DNA of 60,193 bases from a virus (IMGVR_UViG_3300012201_000003:1-60193), one strand, 5' to 3'. Counted from the first letter of the stretch, positions 8,877 to 18,844 are shown. Notes: generated by a model from the letters alone, not told the origin. A program made the numbers and translations.

Positions 8877-9163
8877 CGCTCCGCCGCCGCCTTCGCCAGG
8901 TCGGAGACCAGCAGGTGCCACAACGCGTGGCCGCTGGGCTGACTGCCGAGGTGGCCGACGCGGACTATCCGGTCGAACATGACCACCCGCCCGATCCGGT
9001 AGTGCACCTGCGTGAACGTCACCTCGGCTTCCGTGCGCAGCATGTCCGCGACGCTGACCCGGTTCGGGACGACCACGTGGACCCCGTTCAAGGTGGCGGC
9101 GACGATCCTGCGGTCTGCCGGCCCGCCGATCAGCAGCGCCGGGCGGCTGTCATAGACCGTCAT
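8873..9163 (-). CDS. hypothetical protein
   Basis: LIGGPAD motif; overlapping start/stop. Confidence 0.55.
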   Translation of the reverse strand: MTVYDSRPALLIGGPADRRIVAATLNGVHVVVPNRVSVADMLRTEAEVTFTQVHYRIGRVVMFDRIVRVGHLGSQPSGHALWHLLVSDLAKAAAER

Positions 9164-9603
9164 GTCGCCTCGCCCATCCTGCGCGCCCGCGCGATCAGGT
9201 CCTCGCCGTACGCCCGCAGCGCCTCGGCGGTCATGCCGCGCGGCGGGCCGTCCGGCCACTCCACTCGCAGCCGGGCCTTCACGCCAAGCAGCGTGCACTC
9301 CCCGCCCGCCAGCATCGTCCCGACCATCGACATCTCGCGGGCGGCGTCAAGGTCGCGGTTGCGGCGCAGGTGATTGGCCTCGTTCTCGGCCATGACCACC
9401 TGCGCTCGGCGGGCGGGGCCGTGCAGATCCGGCCATTCGTGGCTGTCGGCCAGGTACTTGGCCATGTCCTCCCGGTCGTGCCCGGACCGGACCCAGCAGG
9501 CGAGCCCGGTACGGCGCTCCTCAGCCGCGACCAGGTCCCGCATCTGCGCGTCAGTTCGCCGGCCGCCGGCGAGCCACCCGCCGCCCGGGTCCACGAGGCT
9601 CAC
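9160..9603 (-). CDS. hypothetical protein
   Basis: Translationally coupled to both neighbours. Confidence 0.5.
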   Translation of the reverse strand: MSLVDPGGGWLAGGRRTDAQMRDLVAAEERRTGLACWVRSGHDREDMAKYLADSHEWPDLHGPARRAQVVMAENEANHLRRNRDLDAAREMSMVGTMLAGGECTLLGVKARLRVEWPDGPPRGMTAEALRAYGEDLIARARRMGEAT

Positions 9604-10193
9604 CCTTGACCGCCGTGGGCGATGGCCTCCCGGAGCATCCGGGCGCAGGCGGCCAGCTCGTCCAGGGCGGTGCCCTCAGCCGGGCCGATGCCGTCGGCGT
9701 GCCGTCTGGCGGCCTGGTCCTCCCAGGCTGAGGCGAGAGCGACCAGCGGCCCGATAGCCACCTGGTGGCAGCCGCACTCGCACGGTCCGCCCGTGCAACC
9801 GCCGGTCCTGTTGCCGTCCGCGTCCCGCGTCTCGTGCTTACCGGCCCGGCAGTCCGGGTCGGTCACCGACGGCCGGGCGGGCTTGCGGGCATACCACACC
9901 GAGATCCGGCCCGCCGCGCACGAGGTGCGGGTGATCTCGATCAGCTCGTCGACCTCTGGCGGCGGGCCGGGCGTGACGTTGTTCGGCCGGTCCGGGCCGG
10001 CCTCGTTGAGCCAGACCATCCGGTCGGACTGGATCGGCGGCAGGTGCCCCCGCGTGACGTCCGTCGCCGCGGACGCCGTGGCGCGCAGCACCTCTACCTG
10101 CCGCCGCACCGCGTAGGCCAGCGCAGCCGGGATGTCCGCGTAGCCGATCAGCTCCACCAGCCGCGAGTACGCGGCGCCCGCCTCGATGCTCAT
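9600..10193 (-). CDS. hypothetical protein
   Basis: Coupled ORF; CxCxCH motif. Confidence 0.5.
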   Translation of the reverse strand: MSIEAGAAYSRLVELIGYADIPAALAYAVRRQVEVLRATASAATDVTRGHLPPIQSDRMVWLNEAGPDRPNNVTPGPPPEVDELIEITRTSCAAGRISVWYARKPARPSVTDPDCRAGKHETRDADGNRTGGCTGGPCECGCHQVAIGPLVALASAWEDQAARRHADGIGPAEGTALDELAACARMLREAIAHGGQG

Positions 10194-10636
10194 AGCCTGC
10201 CTTCCAGGTAGACGCCCCGGGCGCGGGCGACCGCCCGCTCGAACTCCTCGATGATCGACTTCGTCACCTCGACCGTGCGCAGCCGCTGAAACACCTCGCT
10301 GCCGACCCACGCAGCGATCGGCGTCGACGTCCCGCCGTTGCCGTGAAGCTGGTCCCACATCGCGTGCAGGATCAGCGACTGCATCGTGTTGTTCGCCTCC
10401 GCCGGGCTGGACAGCGCCTCGCCGACCCGCTTCTCCACCACTGTCCTGATGTCCTCGCGGATCAGCTTCCGCAAGTCCTTCCGGTCGCCCTCGATCGCCT
10501 GGGCGGCGAGCCGCCGCGCCACCAGCTCACCGATCGTGACGGCCTCGTGGTCCCCGTACTCGTCCGACACGACGGCCACCATGGACAGGATCTCCTCCAC
10601 CGGCACGGCGACGTCGATCCTCACAACCTCGTTCAT
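10190..10636 (-). CDS. hypothetical helical protein
   Basis: Coupled to traB. Confidence 0.55.
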   Translation of the reverse strand: MNEVVRIDVAVPVEEILSMVAVVSDEYGDHEAVTIGELVARRLAAQAIEGDRKDLRKLIREDIRTVVEKRVGEALSSPAEANNTMQSLILHAMWDQLHGNGGTSTPIAAWVGSEVFQRLRTVEVTKSIIEEFERAVARARGVYLEGRL

Positions 10637-12585
10637 GCGGCCTGCCCGATCAGCCACGTCGCCGGGTGCGACCCCCGCCGCTCGATCTCCCCGTCCGCCT
10701 CAGCCTCCGCCAGCACGTCGTACAGCCACGCCCGCGACCGGCCCGTCCGCTCCCGCAAATCTGCCAGGTCCGTCAGCCGGAACTCCGGCCGTCCCGCCAG
10801 CCGCCACTCCGCAAGCTGCCGGCGGAACTCCCGCCGCGCCCCGTCCGCATCCATCCGCTCCCCCGCCCGGGGCGTCGCGAACACCCAGCCGTCCACCGCC
10901 TCGCCGCCCGCCGCGATGTCCGCGTCCAGGTCCCCGTCGGGGCCCGCGTCGGCCAGGTCGTCATCGGGGACGTCGCCAGGCAGCGGCAGGCCGTCATCCA
11001 TGTCATCCACCTCCAGGTGAAGCCCATTATCCACCTTCCGCAGGTCAGCGCCACGCTGCCGGACCGGCGGCGGGGCGGCGAGCGCCGCCGCCGTCACCTC
11101 GTCCAGGGGCCGGGCCGCCGCCGGGAACCGGGCCGCGTGCGCCGCGATCAGCGACGTGTCCTTCCCCCAGTACCAGGCCCGCATCGGCATCGCCTTGCGG
11201 TCCTGCGGGATGCACGCCGCGTCCAGGAACGCCATCCCCGGGTGCGAGTCGCCCCACAGCTCCGGCTCGCAGTCATGGTCCTTCTGGTACGCCGACAGGC
11301 CGAACGCCGCGTCGCCGTCGTTCAGCACCCCGAAACACATCTTGCCGAGCTGCCCCCGGGCCAGGGTCGGCATCTGCGTCCAGTCCGACCGCTGCAAGCT
11401 GATCACCCACCGGATCCCCGCCGACCGGGCCGCCTTCACATCCGACAGCCACAGCTCCTCCGCGTCGTCGCCCAGCAGCGCGACCACGTCGGGGGCCTCC
11501 TCCAGCCACACCGTCAGGTGAGTCAGCCCGCAGCCCTCCTGCCACCGGCCCAGCCCCCTCGTCGCCAGGTAGTCAGTGCGGGCCCGCACCGCGCGGTGCA
11601 CCCCCGCCAGCAGCCCCAGCGCCCCCGCCCCGTCCGTCTCCAGCCGGTGCAGCGCCGGGCGCAGCGGCCCCAGGAACTGCTCGCCCTTCGTGATGTCCAC
11701 GGCAACCACCGCCGCGTCGGAACGGGTCACCGTCTCCCCGATCTCCGACCACGCCCCGCCCTCGGTCTTGCCAACCCCGCTCGCGCCCATCATCTGCAAG
11801 TGGTGGTTCGTCACCGTGTACGCCACCGGCACGCCGTCCTGCCACCGGCCAGGGCAGACCGGCTCCGCGATCGACGTGCCCGGACGCGACGGCCCCGGCC
11901 ACGGCTGCGGCTTGCGCAGGATACGCGGGTCGGTGATCGTGAACCGGGCCTGGTCAGCGCGATCCAGATCCTTGGTCACCAGCAGCGCGCCGGGCGGGTA
12001 CTTCAGGCCCGCCTCCATCCGGGCCGCCGCCTTCACCGCGTCGTCGGCGACCTGGCCCGGCGCGAGCTGCATCGTCCCCTCGGCCTTGAACTCCGACCGC
12101 TCCAGCCTGATGATCTTCGCGCCGTCCATGCCCGCCACAACGGCGGCCCTAGTGAACACCCGGTCCAGGCCCGCGTCGGTGCCGTCGGCGTGGAACGACC
12201 GCCACGCCGTCCACGCCGAGCACACCCCGATCCCGCCGATGAACCACACGCCGAGCAGCGTCCGTGACAAGCCGATCATCTCGGCCGCCGCCATCCACCC
12301 GAACCCGCACGCCAGCGACAGCGACGGCAGCCACCGGCCCACCCCCCGGCGGTGGTGCGTCAGGTGCCCGGCCAGGACCGCCAGCGCCGCGCCGATCACG
12401 CCCGTGCACGCGGCGGCCAGGGCGAACGGCCACGCCAGGTGCAGCACCACCGAGGTCACCAAGGTCAGCAGCCACCCGGCCCACGCCTCCGCGATGTGCA
12501 GGAGCCGGCCCAGCGCGTGCGAGACGACGTGCTCATACGTCGACGCCGTCTCCGTCACGCTCGCCTTGCGGCGGGTCGCAGCCAT
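10633..12585 (-). CDS. traB: TraB/FtsK-like conjugative DNA translocase
   Basis: N-terminal TMs, WPGPS, Walker A GASGVGKT, VWLEEA, ARSAGI, SLQR, C-terminal winged helix. Confidence 0.85.
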   Translation of the reverse strand: MAATRRKASVTETASTYEHVVSHALGRLLHIAEAWAGWLLTLVTSVVLHLAWPFALAAACTGVIGAALAVLAGHLTHHRRGVGRWLPSLSLACGFGWMAAAEMIGLSRTLLGVWFIGGIGVCSAWTAWRSFHADGTDAGLDRVFTRAAVVAGMDGAKIIRLERSEFKAEGTMQLAPGQVADDAVKAAARMEAGLKYPPGALLVTKDLDRADQARFTITDPRILRKPQPWPGPSRPGTSIAEPVCPGRWQDGVPVAYTVTNHHLQMMGASGVGKTEGGAWSEIGETVTRSDAAVVAVDITKGEQFLGPLRPALHRLETDGAGALGLLAGVHRAVRARTDYLATRGLGRWQEGCGLTHLTVWLEEAPDVVALLGDDAEELWLSDVKAARSAGIRWVISLQRSDWTQMPTLARGQLGKMCFGVLNDGDAAFGLSAYQKDHDCEPELWGDSHPGMAFLDAACIPQDRKAMPMRAWYWGKDTSLIAAHAARFPAAARPLDEVTAAALAAPPPVRQRGADLRKVDNGLHLEVDDMDDGLPLPGDVPDDDLADAGPDGDLDADIAAGGEAVDGWVFATPRAGERMDADGARREFRRQLAEWRLAGRPEFRLTDLADLRERTGRSRAWLYDVLAEAEADGEIERRGSHPATWLIGQAA

Positions 12586-12655
12586 GCCCGCAGTCCCCTA
12601 CTCCCACAGTGTCGGCCCGTTCAGGTCACCGCTCAGCCACTCGGTGACCCAACGG

Positions 12656-12889
12656 TCAAGCTGCAAGTCCCCTTCCTCCGGGCAGCCAGGCTGGTGCAAG
12701 TACGGCGGCCGGCCATCGGCGCGGTAGCTGCCGCCAGCACCCGCGCCGGGTCATGAGTCCGGTGGAGAAACCGACGATCACCAGCGAGCCGGGGTCGATC
12801 GTGAAATGCGTATCCGGCCACAACGCCAGGGCATTACTGGCGTTCGCGTGCTCCACAGCGGCGAACAGCACCAGCAGGACATCAGTCAC
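12656..12889 (-). CDS. small hydrophobic protein, 5' end shared with 42885-43058
   Basis: Starts TDVLLVLFA; RBS GGAGG. Confidence 0.4.
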   Translation of the reverse strand: MTDVLLVLFAAVEHANASNALALWPDTHFTIDPGSLVIVGFSTGLMTRRGCWRQLPRRWPAAVLAPAWLPGGRGLAA

Positions 12890-12914
12890 CGGTCACCCTC
12901 CGCTGCTACTCCTA

Positions 12915-13106
12915 TCAGTTCAGCCGCGCCGTTGACCGGCGCAAGCTCTGGGCCTTGTAGCGCGCGAGGTCCTTCTTCTGCCTCGCCACCCGCTCGTCAT
13001 GCTCTTTCTTGCGCCGGGCGCGGCCCTTCCGATTGGCGCCGAGCTTCTTGTCGTCGGAGTGCGGCCGGCCTGTCGCCGGGTTGATCCGCTTGCCGAACAG
13101 TCCCAT
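12915..13106 (-). CDS. small basic protein
   Basis: AGGAGG RBS; K/R-rich. Confidence 0.5.
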   Translation of the reverse strand: MGLFGKRINPATGRPHSDDKKLGANRKGRARRKKEHDERVARQKKDLARYKAQSLRRSTARLN

Positions 13107-13114
13107 CGCTCCTC

Positions 13115-13285
13115 CTACCGTGCCCACCAGGGCACGTTCTTCTCGGCCCGGATCACGGCGGCGTTCAGCCGCCGGAACTTCGCTGTCTCCTCGCGGGCAC
13201 GGTTCCCTTCCCGCTCCAGCGCGGCGCGGGCCTTCTTCAGCTCCGCGCGGCCGGCCTTGACCTCAGCCTTCGTCCTCCTGGCCAT
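13115..13285 (-). CDS. small protein, paralog of 13305-13505 (absent from ORF track)
   Basis: MARRTKAEV...EETAKFRRLNAAVIRAEKNVPWWAR; RBS GGAAGGAAGGAAC. Confidence 0.65.
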   Translation of the reverse strand: MARRTKAEVKAGRAELKKARAALEREGNRAREETAKFRRLNAAVIRAEKNVPWWAR

Positions 13286-13304
13286 CACCGTTCCTTCCTT
13301 CCGC

Positions 13305-13505
13305 TCATTCGCCGGTCATGTCCTCGCGGTGCCTGCGCCACCAGCTCAGGTCACGCGCGGCGTCACTCACTGCCTGGTTCAGGTGCCTGAACTCGGCCGT
13401 CTCCCGGCTGACGCCCCGTGCCCGCTCGCGCCTGCCGTTAGCCGCGAGAGCCGCGTCTGCGGCGCGGAACCGCGCCAGCGCGGCCCTCCTGCTCCTCGCT
13501 CCCAT
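13305..13505 (-). CDS. small protein
   Basis: RETAEFRHLNQAVSDAARDLSWW. Confidence 0.65.
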   Translation of the reverse strand: MGARSRRAALARFRAADAALAANGRRERARGVSRETAEFRHLNQAVSDAARDLSWWRRHREDMTGE

Positions 13506-13617
13506 CACTGTTCCTTCCTCCCGATGGCGCGGCGGACCATCCGCGCGCCGAACCTGTACCGCCGGCCAGAGCCGCCGCACAGCCAGCAGCGCCCGTCCCT
13601 GCCGGCCACTAGACGCG

Positions 13618-14007
13618 CTACTTGTCCTTGAAGTCCCAGGAACTCTTCCTGCGGTCCGGGTCGATCAGCTCGGCGTACACCTGCCGGTAGGCCCGCCAGA
13701 ACCGCATGCACTCATCCCCGGCCGCGTTCGCGTGCGCCGCCGACCGGCGCAGCCGGTTCGTGACCTGCCGGGACGCCCGCCGGGCGGCGAACCGCTCCCA
13801 CAGCCCGGCGCCTGCCTTCGCCAGCCGCATGTCCAGCTCGTGCGCCGTCATGTCCAGCTCCATCGCCAGCGCGCGGCCCAGGTCCCGGGCCTCCTGCGCG
13901 TAGGCGGCGACGTCACGGGTGCCGCGCAGCTCGATCCGCGCCAGGTCAGCCGGGGACTTGGCGCGGCCCCGGCCGGCGGTCCTGGCCGTCTTGGCGGGTG
14001 ACGTCAC
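13618..14007 (-). CDS. plasmid transfer protein TraA-like
   Basis: Helical ARRASRQVTNRLRR pattern; first gene of the operon containing traB. Confidence 0.65.
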   Translation of the reverse strand: MTSPAKTARTAGRGRAKSPADLARIELRGTRDVAAYAQEARDLGRALAMELDMTAHELDMRLAKAGAGLWERFAARRASRQVTNRLRRSAAHANAAGDECMRFWRAYRQVYAELIDPDRRKSSWDFKDK

Positions 14008-14088
14008 GGGAATCCCTCCTCCAGGTAGTCAGTACAGGGTACGGCACCGGGCAGACGGACGGCAGGCTGTCATGGCATCCTTAGCGGC

Positions 14089-14379
14089 ATGGCCACCACC
14101 ACCCGCACCTTCCGGTGCCCGGACGAGCTGTGGGCGCCGGCGATGGCCAAGGCCCGCCGTGAGGGCCGAACCCTGACCGACGTGCTGGTCGAGTATCTGC
14201 GGTGGTACGCCGAGGAGACCGGCTGCGAGCCGGTCTCGTGGGGCAACGTCCAGATGACGGTGACGTGCGGTATGTGCCGCGACGAAGTCCAGACCTCCTG
14301 GGTTCAGCACCTGCGCGACGTCCACGGAATCCCGGCGTTCGCTGACGCCGCCGGCGCCTCGGTTCAGGCGGGCCGGTAA
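14089..14379 (+). CDS. ribbon-helix-helix regulator with zinc finger
   Basis: TRTFRCPDELWAPAMAKARREGRTLTDVL; CxxC...HxxxxH; divergent from the tra operon. Confidence 0.75.
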   Translation: MATTTRTFRCPDELWAPAMAKARREGRTLTDVLVEYLRWYAEETGCEPVSWGNVQMTVTCGMCRDEVQTSWVQHLRDVHGIPAFADAAGASVQAGR

Positions 14380-14495
14380 AGGCGACCTGCCGACGTCACG
14401 GCGACCACGCCAATCGGTCGCGAACCATTCCCCCGGCGTACTCGTATGGGTACGGCGGGAAGGCCGTCAGAATGGCGCTCAGGGCCATACGGGAC

Positions 14496-15176
14496 CTATG
14501 CCGCCGGCGCGTTCAGCTCCGCCATCAACTGGCCCCCGACGTACTCCGTATACGGAGGCGGAACGGCCTGCGCCATCTCGTCGCGGGTCATCCACTCGAT
14601 CCCCATCACCCGCGTGTAGTCGGCCTTGTTCACCGACCGGCCGAGTCGCCTGCGGGTCGACGACGACGACCCGTGGCCTACCACCGAGATCGCGGGCATC
14701 ACATGGCAGCACGGCGGCCGGAGATCAAAGCCGCGCCATGATGTCTCGAACCAGCGGACCCGGCGCAGCTCGGGCAGGCCGAACATGCAGCCGCAGAGCT
14801 GGTAGTCGGGGCGCATCGGGGCGTGCGGCGGCACGTTCTCGATCACCCACGGCAGGCCGATCTCCTGGAGCAGGCGCCGGGTTTGACCGAGCAGCCACCA
14901 GGTGCCGTGGTCGACAGGCCCGAAGTTCTGCATCAGGCTGTTGTCCTGGCAGGGCGGGCTCGCGGCGATCGCATCGAACTCACCCGACCCCGGCCACGGT
15001 TCCCGGCCCGCCGCGAGCGCGTCCAGGACATCCAGGGCGTCGCCCTGGCGGAACTCGAACGGGTAGCGGGGCTGCGGCTCGATGTCGACGCCGACGACCT
15101 CGAACCCGGCCCGCGAGTAGCCGACGCTGGTTCCGCCCGCCTTGCAGTACAAGTCCAGCAGCCGCCTAGCGGTCAC
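14496..15176 (-). CDS. short C5-cytosine DNA methyltransferase
   Basis: LLDLYCKAGG, VGVDI, ASPPCQ, VIENV, RxRxF, QAVPP. Confidence 0.85.
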   Translation of the reverse strand: MTARRLLDLYCKAGGTSVGYSRAGFEVVGVDIEPQPRYPFEFRQGDALDVLDALAAGREPWPGSGEFDAIAASPPCQDNSLMQNFGPVDHGTWWLLGQTRRLLQEIGLPWVIENVPPHAPMRPDYQLCGCMFGLPELRRVRWFETSWRGFDLRPPCCHVMPAISVVGHGSSSSTRRRLGRSVNKADYTRVMGIEWMTRDEMAQAVPPPYTEYVGGQLMAELNAPAA

Positions 15177-15366
15177 GGCTCCTCGCGCACTTCGGTCACC
15201 TTGCCGTCGACCAGCCGCCACCGCCACCGCCACCGGAGCCGCTCCCCGGTCAGCGGGTGCAGACCCGCCTCGACCAGCGTCATCCGGTACGCCACCAGCT
15301 CGCGGTCAACCACGGCGAGCCGGCGGCGCAGTTCTGCTGCCCGCAGCTCCGGCGGCATCCAGCACC

Positions 15367-15633
15367 TCACGACGCCGCCCCGGCAGCCCTGCGCCGCCGG
15401 CCCTGCCGCCGGAGCACGCCGCCCCAGGCGCCCTCGACGGTGTGCGTCGCCTCGGCGAAGTCCTCGCACTCGCGGCGGACCGGGCACGCCCCGCAGATGC
15501 GGTGCCGCGCGTGCCGGTTACTGTCCCCCTCGATCACCTGCTGGTCGTCGTCCGCGCCGAAGAACAGCACGTCGGCATCCGCCGGGTCGAGGCCGATGCA
15601 GCTCGCCGAGTTCATCCACCCCAGGTCCCTCAC
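15367..15633 (-). CDS. WhiB family transcription factor
   Basis: Four Cys (SC...ICGACPVRREC) and GAWGG. Confidence 0.85.
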   Translation of the reverse strand: MRDLGWMNSASCIGLDPADADVLFFGADDDQQVIEGDSNRHARHRICGACPVRRECEDFAEATHTVEGAWGGVLRRQGRRRRAAGAAS

Positions 15634-16019
15634 CGGGCACCGCCCCCGGCTGCCTGCCGCGACTTCCACCGCGCCCGGTCCTTGCAGGTGGCCCAGTGGG
15701 ACACCGCCCGGTGCTCGCCGGGCTTCAGCGGCCCGCCGTGGTCGCCGTGCTCGTCGCAGTACGGGTCCGGGGTCCCGTCCTCCCGGCACGTGCACGGCCG
15801 GAGCCGTTTGCGCAGGTAGCGGAACTTCAGCAGCCCCAGGTGGTCGCGCCACACCGCCAGGTTGCCCTTCGGGTTGTGCGTGCACTCCGGGCCCGTGCCC
15901 AGGCACGGCGGTCCCGGGTCATGGTTGATCGGGTTGGATTTCCCGTCCGGGTGCTTCTCCTCCGGGATGGTCCCCGTCGCCCACCAGATCTCCGCGTGAC
16001 AGGACCGGCACTCCTCCAT
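15630..16019 (-). CDS. Cys/His-rich phage protein
   Basis: CRSCHAEIWW...SHWATC motif. Confidence 0.7.
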   Translation of the reverse strand: MEECRSCHAEIWWATGTIPEEKHPDGKSNPINHDPGPPCLGTGPECTHNPKGNLAVWRDHLGLLKFRYLRKRLRPCTCREDGTPDPYCDEHGDHGGPLKPGEHRAVSHWATCKDRARWKSRQAAGGGAR

Positions 16020-16326
16020 GTTCGTGCTCCTCTCCAGGGTCGAGCAGTTCCAGGACCAGGCCGTGCCCGGCGAGCAGCACCCGCCTGTTCCCGGCGGCCA
16101 TCTTGCGGGCGACCGGGGCGGCCACCTCCGGTTCCAGGCCGGCCTGGACGAGGCGGACCATCAGCCGCGCCACCGCCAGCTCGCCCGGCGTCCAGCGGCG
16201 CGGGCAGCCGGTGCCGCCGCCGTACGACGGGACCAGCCAGCGGCGGCGCGCCCAGTGGTCAAGCTGCCGGTACGTCAGCGGGGAGCCCTCCACCATCTCC
16301 GCTGACGACAGCAGGCCCCCGGTCAT
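15919..16326 (-). CDS. MerR-family HTH protein
   Basis: LTYRQLDHWARRRWLVPS...GTGCPRRW. Confidence 0.75.
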   Translation of the reverse strand: MTGGLLSSAEMVEGSPLTYRQLDHWARRRWLVPSYGGGTGCPRRWTPGELAVARLMVRLVQAGLEPEVAAPVARKMAAGNRRVLLAGHGLVLELLDPGEEHEHGGVPVLSRGDLVGDGDHPGGEAPGREIQPDQP

Positions 16327-17471
16327 GTTGTCTTGCCCAGGCCGAACAGGGCGCCCTGGATGTCGCGGTCCAGGCGCTTGCGAATAAGGTCGGCGGACTG
16401 CGGGTCACGCTCGACCAGGATGGCCCGGTATCCCTCGGCGATGCAGGCGTGGCCGGTGGCGCCAGAGCCGGCGAACGGGTCCAGGACGAGGCCGCCGGGC
16501 GGGGTGACGAGCTGGATCAGCCACGCCATCAAGGTGACGGGCTTGACGGTGGGATGGGTGGTGCCGTCGGGGAGACTGGGCCGTTCGTGGCCGGGGGCTT
16601 TGGCCTGGTAGCGGAACATGGGGAAGAACCGAGACGCCCCGCCATGGTCACCCTTGCCCACCTGCATGCCGCCGCCCCGGGGCATCCCGCCGCCCCGGGG
16701 CATCCCGCCGCCGTAGATCCCGGTTGACAAGGGATCACCGCCGCTGGTCCCGGTACTGCCGCTGACGCCAGACTGGCGGTCTAGCTCGGCGACCGGACAG
16801 CCCGGCACGCACAGCCACGCCTCCACCGTCTCGGTCCCGGACTTGCGTTCGGCCAGTCCCTCTTGGCCGGGCATGCCGAGCGTGCTGATCCCGCCCTTAC
16901 CCCGCGCCGCCGGATGGTGCCCGTCGGACCGGACCGTGCGGGTTCCGGCAGGCTCGCAGTCCTCTGCGTGGGTCAGCACCACATTCGGCGGCCACCGGCC
17001 TTCCGCTGACCCGTAAATCCACATGATCGAGTCGCGGATCTCAAATCCCGCGTCCTCGGCCGCGCACACCAGCCGGTGGTAAGTGCGGGTGCCGCCGAAC
17101 GCCAGCAGGTGCCCGCCCGGCTTCAGCACCCGCAGGCACTCAGCCGCCCACGCCTGGCACCATGCCTGGAAATCCGGGCCGCCGCGCACCGGGCCGGCGA
17201 TGACCGCCTCATTCCCGTACGCCGACGCGCTCCTAGACGCCGACCGGCCAGGGCGAGACGCCGACGCCGGCCCCAGCGACTTCCGCGCCTCACGGTCACG
17301 CTGCGCCGCCGCCCTGATCGCCGGGCCGTCCCACTCCTTGCCCATGAAACCGATCCCGTAAGGCGGGTCGGTCACCACCGCATCAACCGAGCAGTCAGCC
17401 AGCCCCGGCAGCACGTCGAGACAGTCACCGAGGTACAGGGTGACGTCCCGGTCAGTCCACAACGGGTCCAC
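16323..17471 (-). CDS. N6-adenine/N4-cytosine DNA methyltransferase (beta class)
   Basis: GDCL, VTDPPY, HPTVKP, VLDPFAGSG. Confidence 0.9.
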   Translation of the reverse strand: MDPLWTDRDVTLYLGDCLDVLPGLADCSVDAVVTDPPYGIGFMGKEWDGPAIRAAAQRDREARKSLGPASASRPGRSASRSASAYGNEAVIAGPVRGGPDFQAWCQAWAAECLRVLKPGGHLLAFGGTRTYHRLVCAAEDAGFEIRDSIMWIYGSAEGRWPPNVVLTHAEDCEPAGTRTVRSDGHHPAARGKGGISTLGMPGQEGLAERKSGTETVEAWLCVPGCPVAELDRQSGVSGSTGTSGGDPLSTGIYGGGMPRGGGMPRGGGMQVGKGDHGGASRFFPMFRYQAKAPGHERPSLPDGTTHPTVKPVTLMAWLIQLVTPPGGLVLDPFAGSGATGHACIAEGYRAILVERDPQSADLIRKRLDRDIQGALFGLGKTT

Positions 17472-17475
17472 GCGC

Positions 17476-17712
17476 TCAGCCCGCAGCCCCGTCGGGGCGG
17501 ATCACCAGGTCGAACGTCAGGTCCACGAACCGGCCGTCCTCGACCACCTCGGCGCGGATCAGCCGGCCCGTGCCGACGACTTCGCTGCCCTGGAACTTCA
17601 CCGGCACCTCCTGGCCGATGCACCGCTGGAACGCCCGGGGGCCGAACCGCTCCGGGAAGCTGCCGTTGACGCGTTCCGCTCCGGCGGGCCTGCGTACCGT
17701 CACCAGCGCCAT
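17476..17712 (-). CDS. hypothetical protein
   Basis: Beta-rich coupled ORF. Confidence 0.5.
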   Translation of the reverse strand: MALVTVRRPAGAERVNGSFPERFGPRAFQRCIGQEVPVKFQGSEVVGTGRLIRAEVVEDGRFVDLTFDLVIRPDGAAG

Positions 17713-17996
17713 TACCGGGCCGCCTCTCCGCGCACCAGGCCGCCGCCTGTAGCGGACCAGCCCGGCGCCGCCGACCACAGGTCCACGTCGCGGCCCTGCT
17801 GCGCCCGGTACTCGCGCGACCGGGTGACCTGGCCCGCCTGCTCCATCCTGATCAGCAGCTTCAGCGTGCTGCCCGAGTGGACGTGCGCGCTAGTCGGGCC
17901 CCGCTTGCGGAGCGCGACCCGGGCAACCTCGTAGGCGGTGCGGCCGGGATGGAGTACCAGCCATGACCAGACCACTTCGCGGGTGCTAGGTTCCAC
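17712..17996 (-). CDS. winged-helix-like protein
   Basis: HPGRTAYEVAR...LIRMEQAGQV. Confidence 0.55.
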   Translation of the reverse strand: MEPSTREVVWSWLVLHPGRTAYEVARVALRKRGPTSAHVHSGSTLKLLIRMEQAGQVTRSREYRAQQGRDVDLWSAAPGWSATGGGLVRGEAAR

Positions 17997-18591
17997 TGCC
18001 GGGCTGCCTCTCTCCTGGGACGTCGTGCGCGGTGCACGACGGGTTGACTTCGATCAGGTGCCAGCCGCCGCCGCCGTCGAACCAGGACGGGCAGATGCAG
18101 CCTTCGGCGGCCATGTTCCGGTCGTAGTGGTGCAGGCAGCCGGAGCTGACTCCCTCATCCAGGAGCCCGCCGTCGCAGCCGGGCGGGAACACCCGCACCC
18201 GTACCGCGTCGCCCGGCTCAGCCTGGCCCACTACGGTCCGGTACACCTCCCGCGACACCGAAAGCTGCCCGCCGGGCGGGACCACGACCTGGTCCAGGTC
18301 GATGCCCCGCCCGGCCAGCGCGGCGCGGCCCTCCGCCGTCAGGACCGCCTCACCCCGGACCATGCCCTCCTCGCGCGGCATCAGCACCGCCTGCCCGTCC
18401 CCGGGCGACTCGCCCTGGAACTGGTAGCCCAGAGCGCGGGAATGGTCGCGGAGCTGGCGGCGGGCCAGGCCGGCGAACTCCGGGTCAGACCAGCCGTGGT
18501 CAGCCAGGGCCTGCACCACCTCGGCCAGAACCTCGTTCAGGCTGGCCAGGTTCGCGGCGACCGCCCGGGTCGTCTTGTCATACAGCAGCAT
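17986..18591 (-). CDS. hypothetical protein
   Basis: Coupled ORF; C-terminal CIC...CTAH. Confidence 0.5.
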   Translation of the reverse strand: MLLYDKTTRAVAANLASLNEVLAEVVQALADHGWSDPEFAGLARRQLRDHSRALGYQFQGESPGDGQAVLMPREEGMVRGEAVLTAEGRAALAGRGIDLDQVVVPPGGQLSVSREVYRTVVGQAEPGDAVRVRVFPPGCDGGLLDEGVSSGCLHHYDRNMAAEGCICPSWFDGGGGWHLIEVNPSCTAHDVPGERQPGSGT

Positions 18592-18844
18592 CAGAAGTCA
18601 CCCTCTCCGGGCAGGCCGTTGACGCAGACCCGCTCCCGGTTGTCCGGGCAGCCGCTCCCGCACACGCCGTCCCCCGCGAACGGGCAGAACGGCGGCGACT
18701 GGTCAAGCCAGCCCGACGACTCAGCGGTCGCGCAGTACGGTGCCGGAGTGTCAGCAGCCGGTCGGTCCTGCGGCTGCCCGCCGCCGGCATCCCGGCAACC
18801 CGGCACCCGGGCAGGCCCGTCACCACCCCGGTCCCCTGCGCACA

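Noticed and set aside
13505-13609. Independent zinc-finger gene
   Set aside because: Only half a finger, similar to the C-terminus of 8598-8876; probably a remnant.
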